Assembly: GCF_009834535.1 (NCBI RefSeq)
Contig: NC_045696.1
Span: 90,708,001 to 90,772,000, forward strand
Length of the DNA: 64,000 nucleotides
Source: Camelus ferus
Lineage: Eukaryota
Reading direction: 5' to 3'
Within the stretch, counting starts at the first letter, position 1. Every line of letters begins with the position of its first letter. Below the pieces are notes generated by a model. It had not been told where the DNA came from. It searched no databases and saw only the letters and a program-made list of their open reading frames with translations. Made by a program: the position numbers and the translations under genes. Below are positions 36,252-50,432 of this stretch, piece by piece.

Positions 36252-39200
36252 ATGGCAATAAACACACATCTATCATTAATTACTGTAAATGTTAATGGAC
36301 TAAATGCTCCAGTCAAAAGACACAGAGTGGCAGACTGGATAATAAAGCAAGAACCTTCAATATGCTGCATACAAGAGACCCACTTTAGGGAGAAGGACAC
36401 ATATAGATTGAGAGTGAAAGGATGGAAAAGGATATTCCATGCAAATGGAAAAGCCAAAAAAGCAGGTGTTGCAGTACTGATTTCAGACAAAATAGACTAA
36501 AACAAAGGCCATAAAGAAAGATAAAGAAGGACATTTTATAATGATTAAAGGAGTGATACAAGATGAGGATATTACACTCGTTAATATATATGCACCCAAT
36601 ATAGGAGCACCTAAGTACATACAAGAATTACTAACAGAGATAAAGGCGGATATTGATGGGAATACAATCATAGTTGGAGATTTTAACACTGCATTAATAT
36701 CACTAGACAGATCTTCCAGACAGAAAATAAACAAGGCAACAGAGAAATTAAATACTACAATAGAAAAACTAGATTTGGTGGATATTTTCAGAGCATTACA
36801 CCCCATAAAAATAGGATATACATTCTTTTCAAGTGCACATGGAACATTTTCCAGGATCGATCATCTACTTGGGCACAAAAGAAACCTCAACAATTTTAAG
36901 AAGATAGAAATTATCTCAAGCATCTTTACTGACCACAATGCCATGAAACTGGAAATCAACAACAGAGAAACAAAGGAGAAAAAAAGGAAAGCATGGAGAT
37001 TAAACAATATGTTATTGAAAAAACAATGGATCAATGAGGAAATCAAAGCTGAAATTAAAAAATACCTTGAGACAAATGATAATGAAAGCACAACCACTCA
37101 AAACCTATGGGACACAGCAAAGGCAGTGCTAAGAGGGAAGTTTATAGCGATACAGGCCTTCCTCAAAAAAGAAGAACAATCTCAAATAAACAATTTAACC
37201 CACCACCTGAATGAATTAGAAAAAGAAGAACAAAAAGCCCCAAAAAGCAGCAGAAGGAAGGAAATAATAAAGATCAGAGAGGAATTAAATACAATAGAGA
37301 TTAACAAGACCATAGAAAAAATCAACCAAACCAAAAGCTGGTTTTTTGAAAAAGTAAATAAAATCGACAAACCTCTGGCCAAACTCACAAAGAAGAAAAA
37401 AGAGAGAGCACAAATTAGCAAAATAAGAAAGGAAAATGGAGAAATTACAACAAACAAAATAGAAATACAGAATATCATACGAGAATATTATGAAAAACTA
37501 TATGGAACCAAACTGGATAACCTAGAGGAGATGGACAAGTTTCTGGAAACATACTGTCCACCAAAACTGAATCAAGAAGAATCTGAACACTTGAACAATC
37601 CGATCACTAGAAAGGAAATAGAAATAGCAATTAAAAACCTCCCTACAAATAAAAGTCCAGGACCGGACGGCTTCACCGGGGAATTCTACCAAACATACAA
37701 AGAAGGACTCATACCAGTCCTTCTCAAACTCTTCCAGATGATTGAAAAGGAGGGAATACTCCCAAACTCATTCTATGAAGCCACCATCACCCTGATACCA
37801 AAACCAGGCAAAGACACTACAAAAAAAGAGAATTATAGGCCAATATCACTGATGAACATAGACGCCAAAATCCTCACCAAAATTTTTGCAAATAGAATCC
37901 AACAACACATAAAAAAGATTATACATCATGACCAAGTGGGGTTCATCCCAGGGACACAAGGCTGGTTCAACATATGCAAATCAATCAGTGTAATACATCA
38001 CATCAACAAGAGAAAGGACAAAAACCACATGATCATCTCAATCGATGCAGAAAAAGCATTTGATAAAATTCAACACACATTTATGATAAAAACTCTCGCC
38101 AAAGTGGGTATACAGGGAACATATCTCAACGTAAAAAAAGCTATATATGACAAACCTACAGCCAGCATAGTACTCAACGGTGAAAACTCAAAGCTTCCCA
38201 CTAAAATCTGGGACAAGACAAGGATGCCCACTATCACCACTCCTATTCAACATAGTCCTGGAAGTCCTAGCCACAGCAGTCAGGCAAGAGAAAAATAAAA
38301 GGGATCCAAATTGGAAAAGAAGAGGTAAAAGTGTCATTATATGCTGATGACATGTTACTATATATAGAAAACCCTAAAAGGTCCACACAAAAGCTACTAG
38401 AGCTGATGGAAGAATTCAGCAAGGTAGCAGGTTACAAAATTAACGTTTAAAAATCAGTTGCATTTGTTTACACTAACGATAAGTCAACAGAAGAAGAAAG
38501 TAAAGAAACAATCCCCTTTAAAATAGCACCCAAAGTAATAAAATATCTGGGAATAAATCTAACCAAGGAGGTGAAAGAATTATACACAGAAAACTATAAA
38601 CCATTGATGAAGGAAATTAAAGAAGAATTTAAAAAATGGAAAGCATGTAAAACAATGAAGCTAGAACACTCCCTTACACCATATACAAAAATCAACTCAA
38701 AATGGATTAAAGACTTAAACATAAGACAAGATACAATAAACCTCCTAGAGGAAAACATAGGCAAAACATTATCTGACATACATTTAAAAATTTTTCTCCT
38801 AGAAGAAATAAAAGCAAGAATAAACAAATGGGACCTAATGAAACTTACAAGCTTCTGCACAGCAAAGGAAACCAGAAATAAAACAAGAAGAAAACCTATG
38901 GAATGGGAGAAAATTTTTGCAAGTGAAACCGACAAAAGCTTGATCTCCAGAATATATAAGCAGCTCATATGACTCAATAAGAAAAAAATAAACAACCCAA
39001 TCCAAAAATGGGCAGAAGACCTAAACAAGCAATTCTCCAAGGAAGACATACAAATGATCAAAAAGCACATGAAAAAATGCTCAATGTCACTAATTATCAG
39101 AGAAATGCAAATCAAAACTACAATGAGGTATCACCTCACACCAGTCAGAATGGCCGTCATTCAAAAATCCACAAATGACAAATGCTGGAGAGGCTGTGGA

Positions 39201-39617
39201 GAAAGGGGAACCCTCCTACACTGCTGGTGGCAATGCAGTTTGGCGCAGCCACTATGGAAAACAGTGTGGAGATTCCTCAAAAGACTAGGAATAGACTTAC
39301 CATATGACCCAGGAATCCCACTCCTGGGCTTGTATCCAGAAGGAAATCTACTTCAGGATGACACCTGCACCCCAATGTTCATAGCAGCACTATTTACAAT
39401 AGCCAAAACATGGAAACAGCCTAAATGTCCATCAACAGGTGACTGGATAAAGAAGAAGTGGTATATTTATACAATGGAATACTAATCGGCCATAAAAAAT
39501 GACAACATAATGCCATTTGCAGCAACATGGATGCTCCTGGAGAATGTCATTCGAAGTGAAGTAAGCCAGAAAGAGAAAGAAAAATACCATATGAGATCGC
39601 TCATATGTGGAATCTAA
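36252..39617 (+). pseudogene. ORF2: L1 ORF2p (APE endonuclease, reverse transcriptase, Cys-rich domain), disrupted
   Basis: EN motifs NVNGLN, CCIQETH, GDFN, SRIDH and TDHN. RT motif YADD at 38340-38351. CCHC motif [18 protein letters not shown]. Frameshifts near 36498, 38185 and 38292. Premature stops at 38448, 38970 and 39483. Deletion at ~38643. Confidence 0.95.
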
Positions 39618-39979
39618 AAAACAAAAACAAAAACAAACAAACAAACAAAAACAAAGCGTAAATACAGGACAGAAACAGACTCACAGACAGAGAATACAGA
39701 CTTGTGGTTACCAGGGGGGTGGAGGGTGGGAAGGGATAGCCTGGGATTTCAAAATTGTAGAATAGATAAACAAGATTACACTGTATAGCACAGGGAAATA
39801 TACACAAAATGTTATGATCACTCACAGAGAAAAAAATGTGACAATGAGTGTGTATATGTCCATGAATGACTGAAAAATTGTGCTGAACACTGGAATTTGA
39901 CACAACATTGTAAAATGATTATAAATCAATAAAAAATGTTAAAAAAAATGCAAGTTACAACTAACCCACTTATGTAATC

Positions 39980-41450
39980 ATTTAATTCATTTATGGATAA
40001 ATCTTACTTCAGTACCTATTCAGTATAAACAAATACTGTTTGTAAGCTCTGGGAATACAGCAGTGAACAGGGGCCTTGCCCTTTTGAAGCTTATATTCTG
40101 GTGGGAGTAACAACAAGATGATTACACACCGTGATAAGTAGTCTGAAGTATATAAATCAGGTAGAGAGTATGGGGTAGGGAGATGGTTAATTTACATTAG
40201 GTAATCAGGAAAGGCCCCTTTAAGATTATACTTGAACTGAAGACCTAAATAATACGTCATATAAAAAGGTCCTGGAGGAAGCATTCCAGGCAGAGGCAAC
40301 AGCAATTGCAAAGATGTAGAGGATGGACAGAACAGTGTGGCTATAATATAATATAATATAATAATATGCTTATTATATAAGCATAATGAGTGGTAGGAGA
40401 CGAGCTGGAGTGCATGAGCCTATGGGACTCTGATTCCAAGGTAAGGAATTCAGTAAGAAGTCACTGAAGGGCTTGGAGCAAAGAAGTGATATAAAATTAC
40501 CTATATTTTAAGAGATCCCTCTGGTTGCTGTGTGGATAATGGTTTGTAGGGAGGACAAGAGTGCACATAAGAAGACCAATTAGGAAGCTAAACTATACCT
40601 CAGCTGGAAAATGATAGTGGCTTGCTTGTTTTATCAGTAGAAATATTACTCCATTCAGATGTCAGTAAAGATAAATAAAAGTAAAAACAAATAATTTTTA
40701 TATTTTGAACTTAATTTTTAAACACGTGGAAATTTGTTTTTTTCTCTTGTTCTGTATGTACCTACATGATAACCCCAATTTTACCTCTTAGGCCACAAAG
40801 CCTAAAATATTGACTCACTGACCTTTTACAGAAAATGTTTATTGGCCCTAACTGAGAAGAAAGAGTGTAGAAACTGAAAAATGGTAAACCCAGATCAAAT
40901 TTGTGAAGTGCTTCAATATTTGGAGAAGCAGGAACCAGCAAAGGAGTGGCCATTGAGATAGAACTGTAGCAGATCAAGAGAGAGGGGTATTTCAAGAAAG
41001 AGGAGGAAAGGGACATGGGAGAAGATTAGAGTTATCAGCTGTGCTGAATATTGATGAGAAAACCTACAAGATGATAAAAGGGAATAGTCTACTGGACTTG
41101 GCAAAATGGAAGGCATCTGATAAGAGCAGATGAACTGAGAAAAGCAGTTTCAGTGCAGAGGTGAAAACAGAGACTCAAATATATTGAAGAACAAATAGGA
41201 GATGAAGAAGTCGAAAAAATAAAATAAAATAAACTGATAGTCTGTTCAAATGGGAGCAGAGAAATGGTATAGTGCTATAAGAGATGAGAGGTCAAGAGAG
41301 CGTTAAGGTTTTTTGTTTCATTTTGTTTTGGTTTGATACTGTAAAATGCTGGTGAGAATTATCCAGTAGAGGGAGGAATTGATTCTGGAAAGAATACAAT
41401 TTGAAGAGGCAATGGAGCACAAATGATACAAAAAAGGACACTTCTTCCAT
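39980..41450 (-). mobile_element. L2 fossil (3' end toward 39980)
   Basis: ctgggaatacagcagtgaaca, gcttatattctggtggg, gcattccaggcagaggcaacagc and agatccctctggttgctgtgtgga are typical of antisense L2. Confidence 0.75.
40645..40850 (+). mobile_element. Cheshire/MER58-type right-end fragment nested in L2
   Basis: Homologous to 1240-1437 (ctcttgtt...ccccaattttacctc...cacaaagcctaaaatatt...tttacagaaaatgttt). Confidence 0.65.
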
Positions 41451-43799
41451 TTTCATAGGAAAGAATGAAACTTTTTTGGGTCTAAGAAGGGAAGTGAAGA
41501 CAGAAAGAAGGTGATGGATAACTCAATAAGGTCAAACATATTTTACATGCAATTCAAGAGTAACTGACTTGGAAATGTGGGAGGTAGTAGACAATGAAAG
41601 GAATATATGCTAACAAGACTTGATCGGGGTTGTTGGTGGTGATGACAAGCCTGTTAACTTTTTAAAATGTGACCACAGGAGTAAGTAGCCTAGAAAGGAT
41701 ACAGGAAAAAATGGTTGTAAGTGAGAAAATAGAGGCTATGTGAGAGATAAGTAATGTTATCACTATTAGCAAATGCCTGGATATTCCTCCACAAATATCT
41801 GTTGGTCATAATGTTTTACACAATGTCCATAGTACACTATATATAAATGAAAATATTATAACTGCTCTTAAAATGTCAAATTTAGAATGTCCCTCTTAAT
41901 ATTATTTCTTTTTAATCTAAATGCAAACCCAAACTTCTCCGTCCACTGAAGTAGCAAAGCTTTTAGAACTTCCATGGAGACATTAGCTAATATAATAACA
42001 GATTTTCAAAACTATTTGTATACAGCATTTCTAAAATAGAACATATACTGCAAATTGTTGGAAGTGAAAGATGGATAAATTGGGTTCATAATACCAAACT
42101 CTTACTTTTTCATGTTTGAATATTTCTATAATAAAAAGTTTACAGAAAAACTACTATTGAGTAGTAGTCTTCAGTCATCTATATTTCTGATGAAAATTGG
42201 GCTTCCCTATTTTGAAGGACTGGTATGCTGAGCTCTACAAAATTGCCTAAGGCAAAGCGATAAGCATAGGTAAGGCATCTACTTTTTGAAACCTTTGTCC
42301 TGGAATAGACTTTATGAATCTTTCAAAACAAAGGAGTTCAAATTTGCTGTTTGGAACAATACACTGAACATAAAAGATTTACTAATGTCTTATGAACTCC
42401 TATTATAGTATGAATCATGCCAGTAACACTAGGATATTGGTTTCAACAAATAGCCTATTTTATTTTATAAACTTCACTCGAATATTATCAACAGCAGTAT
42501 TAGAAAATGGAAAGCTAATGAAATTAGGAGGCAGCATCGGCATACTGCACACTGTATTTCTCATCACTCTAATGCAGAATCTAATGGATGAGAAATCCAT
42601 CTTTGAACTTAAAAAAAAAAGCAGCCTATAAACCTAGAAAAATAGACCGTCATTTGACAAAGTTATTAGAGAATATTTTTCTACCTTAATTCAATAAACT
42701 GCATTAGTGGAATCAGTTTCTTTTATAAGAAAAAAGAGAGGCAGCATACTTTCTTGTCTTTTATTACAGTTCAAAAGCCCAATTATCGTAACAGTTTCTT
42801 GTCTTCCATTAGTGATATCTGAAATAGAAGACGACTGAAAGATTCTGATTATAAATATTCTTTCTAGAAAGATGTCTTCCTGCCTCTATAATAGTCAAAG
42901 GATATTATAAACACTGAGTAATATCAAATTTACAAAAATCAACGCTTTTCACAAACACTGGGTTGCCTACCTGTGAAATAAAGCTTTTAGTATCTAACCC
43001 TGATTTTATTTGATATCATGACCAAATATTTTCCTAAAAAGTAAGTGATTATTAGTGATTTCTACTATAGTTCCCTAAGAGCAAAGGCAAAATCCATGCT
43101 TAGGTGATTACTGTATGTTTTGATTCAGTTATCTGCAGGGTGTCTGCATGGTACTCTAACTATTTAAAGCCAGCAAAAAAGATTACAGCTCACACTAACT
43201 GGATTTTCACAGCTCCCTATCATTCGGCCTGAATTCCTCCTGGGCAGATTAAAAGAGCCAAGACAAACAATAGACTTTTTACAAGGTGGTTGGGTGGGGG
43301 GGGGAAGAAGAAGAAGAAAAAGAAAAAGTATCTTTTTCTTTTATGGTCAAAACAAAATTATTTAAGGTAGTCATAAAAGCAAAGCTAAATGTATAATACA
43401 GGTAAAACTCAGGGTGTTATATAGTAAGTCTAAATCAAGAAATTAATAGGATCTAAAAGAACTGTAGTTTTTATTCTGAAATCTGTAACACAGATTATAT
43501 GACTAGAGTTCAAGATGGTTAGGTATGGCACTGGAGAAAGAAGTGGGAGGACCTTGATCATTTAATCTCTCTCACTATTGTAGGGTGGATAAACAGACTG
43601 AGGCCCAAAAAGCTTACATGGCATTTCCAAGTCAACTACTGGCAGATTATCAAAGTAACCATGTAAGTATTTCATGTTCTTTTCCACTTGGACTTAACCA
43701 CCTTCTCATTCTCTTCTAGTTTCCCAACTTCACTCACTTCAAAGGATCAAATGACTTCCCAATCTAGGATTAGCCTTTCTGGTGAGCCCTGGATACAAA

Positions 43800-44010
43800 G
43801 CTTTACTTATGTACTATCTCCTCTAATCCTCATCCAATTCCAGGAGGTAGTTAAGGCTTATCATAGTCATTTTACAGATAAAGAAACCAAGCCTTAAAGG
43901 GATTAAGTGACTTGCCCAAGATCATGTAACTAGTAAATAAAAGAACTGGATTTAAAATCAGGTCTAAGTCAGGTATGATCTATTATTAACTGCTATGCTA
44001 CACCTAGCTT
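43800..44010 (-). mobile_element. MIR
   Basis: cattttacagataaagaaaccaagcc...ttaagtgacttgcccaagatcatgtaactagtaa is the MIR core. Confidence 0.8.
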
Positions 44011-45339
44011 CTCTATCAGCTTCTTTTCCTCATTTCATGGATAAACCCCATTGGTTTCCACTCTTCCTCCCATCTTCCATTCATTTACATAACTCATCCA
44101 AACTCCACCCTTAGTGTCTCCACAGTTATTTAGTTTAAATAACTGGTTAGTTTCTGAACCCAAGTCTTAAGTAAGATCAAGATCCAATGGAATAACATTT
44201 TTTTTCCCACTGTCTCTACCTTAACTAAGGCTTCATCACTGCTCTCTCAACATTACTTACTATAAGACTCCTCAATGGTCTCCTGGTCTTTAATCCACTC
44301 TTCTTAGTGTTGTTTCTCTGATTTAAAATCCTTCAGGTCAAAACTCCTCTGGCACTTCCTCTTACATCCCCTTCTTACATTTTTTAAGCCAGGATGAACT
44401 AATGATACCAAGATGAAAAATAAATTTTAAAATATGTATTTGTGTTTGTTTATAATGTTTCTTAAAGAAATTCTAGAAGGATATATAAGAAACAAATAAA
44501 TGATCTGGATTTTTGGGGGGATGAGGGGAAGGAATTAGGTGGGTGAGGGACAAAGTAGAAGAGAGACTCTATTCTGTATGTATACCTTTATATAATGTGC
44601 AATTTTGAACTATATATTACCTATTCAGTAAAGGAGATGAAAAGGGAGAGGACGAGGAGGAAGGGAGAAAAAGAAACAAAGCGAAAAAGAAAAAAGTACC
44701 AACAAAGCTCAATTATCACCCTCTTTTTTCCAGAAAGCACTTTCTGTCTGGCAATAAAATGGTAATTTCATCTAAAAAAGGGGTAATAAAAATGTTTTCC
44801 TAGATACACTATGATCCCTCTTGCCTCAACCCTTTTGTTTTTCCCTTTCCTTTCTACTTCCTCTTCCTTGTTCTTCCAGATGGCTTAGGTATCAACACCT
44901 CTAGAAAATCTTCCTTGACTGGGCTCATTTTGGGTTAAGTGTCCCTCTGATATGCTGCCCTAGTACAATGGGCATCTCTCTGTCACAAGACTCACACTAC
45001 ATTGTTATCATCTATTTACGTGTCTGACTTCCAAACTAGATGGAAATTTGAGATCAAAGACCATGTCATTCATTTTTTGCAATATCCAGTAACTATAATA
45101 GTGCCAGACACATTTTAACAGCATCCAAAGTGATCCTCAGCACAATATATTTATCTTTGCTATAGCCTCTGGGTCAGATCCAGCAGTCATCATGATTTAA
45201 TCTTGCCATATAGGAAACACTGCTTTGGTCTTTACACCCTCCACTTAACAGGTCACTGTAGTTTTCAAATTCCAAGAAAAATACGTAAAGAATTAAAATT
45301 AAAAAGGAACTGAAAACCGAATACTCCAGGCTAGAATTC

Positions 45340-46325
45340 TCCTAAATTCTCTACCTACATGTCCTGCTGCCTACTTTATCTCTCCTCTTAATGTTCCAAA
45401 GGCTTCTCAAACTCCTGTATGTCCAAAGCAAACTTATGATCTTCTCCCTCATACCATGGTCTCTTCCAGTATAATCCTTCGTCAGTAAAAAAAAAAAAGT
45501 AACATCATCATTTCACTGAGCAAAGTAGAAAACTACTGGTTATCTTTAATATCTTTATCTCTTCTACCAAATCAAAGCCATCATTAAATACATAAGTATG
45601 TCTCGAATTCAACAACTTCTCTATCTCCAACATCAAATCCCTGATCCCAGCTACTATTACATCTCTCCTAGACTACTGTGCTACTTATCTGGTATCTGGT
45701 TTCTCTGCATCCCCTCTTATCCTCTGCAATCTGTTTTCCACATTGCAGCTGGAGTGATCTTTTCAAAACACTAATCTGATCACGTTACCCACAAGATTAA
45801 AACACTTCAAAGGCATCCTGTAACTCTCAAGATAGAGACCAAAATCCTTAACTAGCTTTACAGGGACCTGCACAGTCTAGCTCCTATCTGCCTCTCTGGC
45901 CCCATCTCATACTGTGCTCCCTCTCCCTTCCATTCTAGCTACTCTGACCATCTTTCAGTGTCTGTTCACATCAGTCTCCCTCCTACCTAGGGACCTCTGT
46001 TGATGATGTTTCTCTGCCTATAATGGTCTACTTCCTTCCCTCAATAATTTCTATTCATCCTTATTTCTTCAGAAAAGTTTGCCTGACTGGTCTAAGTTAA
46101 TGCCTCCCTCCCTCAAAATTATATGCCATTTAACACTATGTATCTCTTATCCTTGACATTTATCATTACTGAAATTTTATATTTATTTATGTGATTTACA
46201 ATTGCAATTTTCACCAACTCAACCACAAACTGCATAGTCAGGCACCATAACTGTTCACCATGGGATCTCCAAGATCCAGCTCAGTGCCTGGCATAATAGG
46301 TACTTAACAAATATTTGATAAGTGT
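45340..46325 (+). mobile_element. L2a-like 3' end
   Basis: gtgatcttttcaaaacactaatctgatcacgt and terminal cagtgcctggcataataggtacttaacaaatatttg. Confidence 0.75.
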
Positions 46326-46364
46326 TAGAAAGGAGGGAGGGCATCTGTTAGGTGAGTATACCTT

Positions 46365-46868
46365 TGTAACAGAAAAGAACAAATCTGACTCCATATTAGA
46401 TCTGTTTCTTTGGCTTTAACCCTGTGTCCTGTTTTCTAGGCTTAGTCTTTCTAGCTCTGTACTTTTTGTAAAAGAATATTGCCTTTAGCCTGAAATATAC
46501 AGGAGAGCCTATTCTCAAGGTTCTGACCTTTAAGGACATTTTGCACTTATATAAAGATGACAAGTTGAAGAATAGAAAATAACATTTGTTTCGTCAGAGG
46601 TTTTACAGGGACACTACATGGACAGCTACAAGAACAAAGAATTCCTACAACAAGAAGTTTGCAACAACCAACCAAACTCCCTACCCTTTTTAGTATAAAA
46701 AGGAGCCTGAATTCTGACATGAGTAACACGGTTCTCCAAGACATTGGTCTGCCATCTTCTTGGTCTGCCGGCTTTCCGAATAAAGTCGCTATTCCTTGCC
46801 CTAACACCTTGTCTCCCGATTTACTGGCCTGTTGTGCTGTGAGCAGAATGAATTTGGACTCGGTAGTA
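46365..46868 (+). mobile_element. ERV1-class solo LTR (MER34/MER39/MER41-like)
   Basis: Starts TGTAAC and ends ggtagta (degenerate ...CA). 4-bp TSD CCTT (46361-46364 / 46869-46872). TATAAAA at 46694 and AATAAA at 46779. Confidence 0.85.
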
Positions 46869-47074
46869 CCTTCACTGTATTCAGTCACCAATGTCCTTGA
46901 ATGTGGAAAAGGCAGAGACTCTATATCAAGGTAATTAATTTAATGTGAGGAATCTAATCATTATAATTTAAGGGTTATTCTAAGACTACCCTCCTTTCCC
47001 CTCAATCTCAGAATAACATATTTTTCTTCATTCAAAACTGGTGAGCTAATCTTCCACCACAAAGAGAGACTTCA

Positions 47075-47230
47075 GAGACCATTTACTCCATCCCTCTCAT
47101 TTTAGAGCTAAAGAATATAAACTCAGAGATGGATGTTAAGTGACCAGCCCAAAGTCACATGCAACTCAGTAGAACAGAGCCAGGACTAGAACCTATACAT
47201 ATTAATCTAATGTTGTATCTACTATATCTA
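47075..47230 (-). mobile_element. MIR fragment
   Basis: ctcattttagagctaaag...gttaagtgaccagcccaaagtcacatgc...agagccaggactagaacc. Confidence 0.65.
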
Positions 47231-48129
47231 CCCTGGTAACACATCATGGATTTTTTTTCAGGGAAAAGGATGCAGTACTCATTAATCCTGAAGGTACATA
47301 CAGGTTTGTCTGATCATATGTTCTAATTCTGGGTTGAGAAAATGTGGTAATTATAATTATACTTACAAAGGGCCATGTAAAAATTATATACTTAGTAACT
47401 GCATAGTTCTTATCTATGAGATGAATGATCTGAAAGCAGTTACTTAGACATCATCAGAAGTGGAGCCCCATGGAAAAAAATTTAAACTCAATTGTTTCAT
47501 GGATGTAAGACGCCATGGTTGGGTAGGGGGGTGTCAAGAGATTAGTTCTGGATATGTTGGACTTGAGGTTCTAGACATACCTAACAGGTAGTCCTTCATA
47601 TGTATCTAAAGTTCAAGAATAGTTCTGACCTACTAAAGCCTTGGATAATGGGTTTGAGGACAGAAGACTGTGAGCCAGATGCCTGCCTTCAGTGAAAAGG
47701 AGTAATGTCTCGGAAAGACATGTCAGCAGAAGGAAGGAAAAGAAAGTTTTATGATGAATGACACACGCCTCAGAAGAATATATTTTATTTTACCCTATTT
47801 AAAATAAAGGGTGGAAGAACAATGATTTGGAGGGGAGATGGAAACTAAGAAGGATAACAAATTCACCTCCTGACACTGAAGTATACAGGAAGTAATAAAA
47901 TAGGATGGATACTGAAATCCTAGTAATAGCAGACTAAGTAAATCCAGATCAATTCTTTCTCTAGAAACTACCACAATGGTTAAGAAATTTATTTTAAAAC
48001 ATTTATGATTTGTTTAATGGCATCTAAGAGTTAGCAATTCAACTGATGAAACTAAATTATTATCCCAGGTTGCCCTCAGAGGCAATAGGAATGGACCCAT
48101 GGGACTATATACAATGGAGTCATAGACTA

Positions 48130-50369
48130 TAAAATAACTAAACTTAGTAAGTTAAACACACCAATTAAAAGAGAGTTATTGTCAAAATGGATTTTAAAAA
48201 TCCACCTATCTGTAAGAAATTCATTTTAAATATAGTGATATAGGCATATTAAAAATAAATAGGCGGAAAATATTTACCATGCAAACACTGACTAAAAGTT
48301 ATCTGTAGCAGTTATACTAGATTCAGACAGTGTGTCCTGTGTAACAATAAAATAGTCAAGAACAAAGAGAGGTGTTATAGGATGAAGAAAGAGTCAATTC
48401 ACCAAAAAGACATAACAATCTTAAATGTATATACACCTAACAAATGACTCAAAAACATACAACACAAAAACTGAAAGGAAACATAAACAAATTCAGAATT
48501 ATAGCTGGAGTCATCAATGTTTCTCTCTCAGTAATCAACGTAACTAGTAGAAGAAAATAAGCAAGGAGACAGAAGAACAGAATAAGACCATCAACTAACT
48601 GGATCTAATTTCCATTTCTGCAGTGCACGACCTAACAATAGCAAAATACATGGAACATTCCATATCCAGACTCATAAAACAAACCTTCACAAATTTGCAA
48701 GAAAAAAAAAATCATACAAAGTATGTTCTCTTATCATAATGAAATGAAACTAGAAATCAATAACAGAAAGATACAGAGAAATCTCCAAACACTTGGAAAT
48801 TGTACATCTTACATCTAAGTAATTCCTAGGTCAAAGGAGAAGTTACAGAGGAAATTAGAAAATATTCATAACTGGGAAGACATAAAAACACAACATATGA
48901 GAATTTGTGAGATACAGAAAAAGTAGTCTCTAGGAAGGAAATTTTTATCATTAAAGTCTTATATTAGAAGTTCTCAAATCAATAATATAAGCTCACCTTA
49001 AAAACTATATAAAGTTTGTATACTACAATCAAATGAATTTATCTCTGGAATGCAAAGATGGTTCAATATTCAAAAATAAATCAGTGTAATCAGTGTAATC
49101 TATCACATTAACAATCTTAGAAAAAACCTCACATGATTGTGTCAGTTGATGCTGGAAATGCATTTGACAAAATTCAGCATCCATTACAAGGTACAAACTC
49201 CTAGGAAAGTAAGAATAGAAGGAAATTTCCTCAACATGATAGAGGACATCAACAAAAAATGCAGTTCACACCTTTCTTCATGATGGAAAATTAAATGTTT
49301 CCCCCATAAAATGTCCTTGTTCATCATTCATATTGAAAATAGAACTAAAAGTCCTAGTCAGTTCAATAAGGCAAGAAAAATAAATAAAAAGTATATCATT
49401 TGGAAAGGAAGAAATAAAGCTGCTGTCCCAAAGACAACACGATTGTGTATATAGAGTCCTAATGAATCTACCAAAAAAATCTCCTAGAACTAATCAGTAC
49501 ATTTAGCAGTGTGACAGAATACAGAGTCAGCCCATACATGCCCATGTGTGTGCATGCACACAAAATTATACTTCAATTATATACACTGCATTTCTGTATA
49601 TTAGAAATGCACAAATAGAAATTGAATTTTTAAAAACAGTATCATTTAAAATAGTTCCTCCAAAAATGAAATACTTAGGTATAAATCTAACAAAACACAG
49701 AATCTGTATGCTAAAAGCTAAGAAAGGCTAAAAAAAGAAATTAAACCATGTTCATGTCAATTCTTCCAAAATTGATCTATAAATTTAATATAATTCCAAT
49801 CAAAATTATTTTTGTATATATAGACAAACACTAATGTTTACATGAAAAGGCAAAAGAACTGGAACAACCAAAACAATTTTTTTTAAAAAAAGAATAAAAT
49901 TGGAGGAACCACAGCAACTGACTTTAATGACTTACTACAAAACTACAGTAAAACAGTGTGATACTGGCAAAAGGATAAACAAATAGATGAATGAAACAGA
50001 ACAGAGAACCCAGAAATAGATCCAAACAAATGGCCAATTGATTTCTGATAAAAGTACAAAGGCAATTCAATGAATAAACTCCAATCTTTTCAACATATCA
50101 TGTTGGAAAATTGAACATTTAAACATCCATATGCAAAAAACAAACAAACAGAAAACCTCAACCTAAATCTCACACCTAATAAGAAAGAAAGGAAAGAAAG
50201 GAAAGAAAGGAAGAAGGAAGGAAGGAAGGAAGGAAGGAAGGAAGGAAGGAAGGAAGGAAGGAAGGAAGGAAGGAAGGAAGGAAGGAAGGAAGGAAGGAAG
50301 GAAGGAAGGAAGGAAGGAAGGAAGGAAGAAGGAAGGAAAGAAGGAAAGAAGGAAAGAAGGAAAGAAGGA

Positions 50370-50432
<63 letters not shown>

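Larger units (their letters stand above)
33271..39943 (+). mobile_element. Young near-full-length LINE-1 (ORF1 intact, ORF2 disabled, in-frame internal deletion)
   Basis: Perfect 17-bp TSD AAAAATGCAAGTTACAA (33254-33270 / 39944-39960) at a TTT|AAAAA endonuclease site. CpG-rich 5'UTR, ORF1, ORF2, G-rich 3'UTR and AATAAA at 39928. Confidence 0.97.

Noticed and set aside
35046..37478. Antisense ORFs over L1 ORF1/ORF2 (also 10757-11131 and 38594-39115)
   Set aside because: Well-known shadow frames of A-rich L1 coding sequence.
41870..41980. Protein-looking minus-strand frame ANVSMEVLKALLLQWTEKFG after a tttag acceptor
   Set aside because: No convincing donor, short, and not recognisable as any protein.
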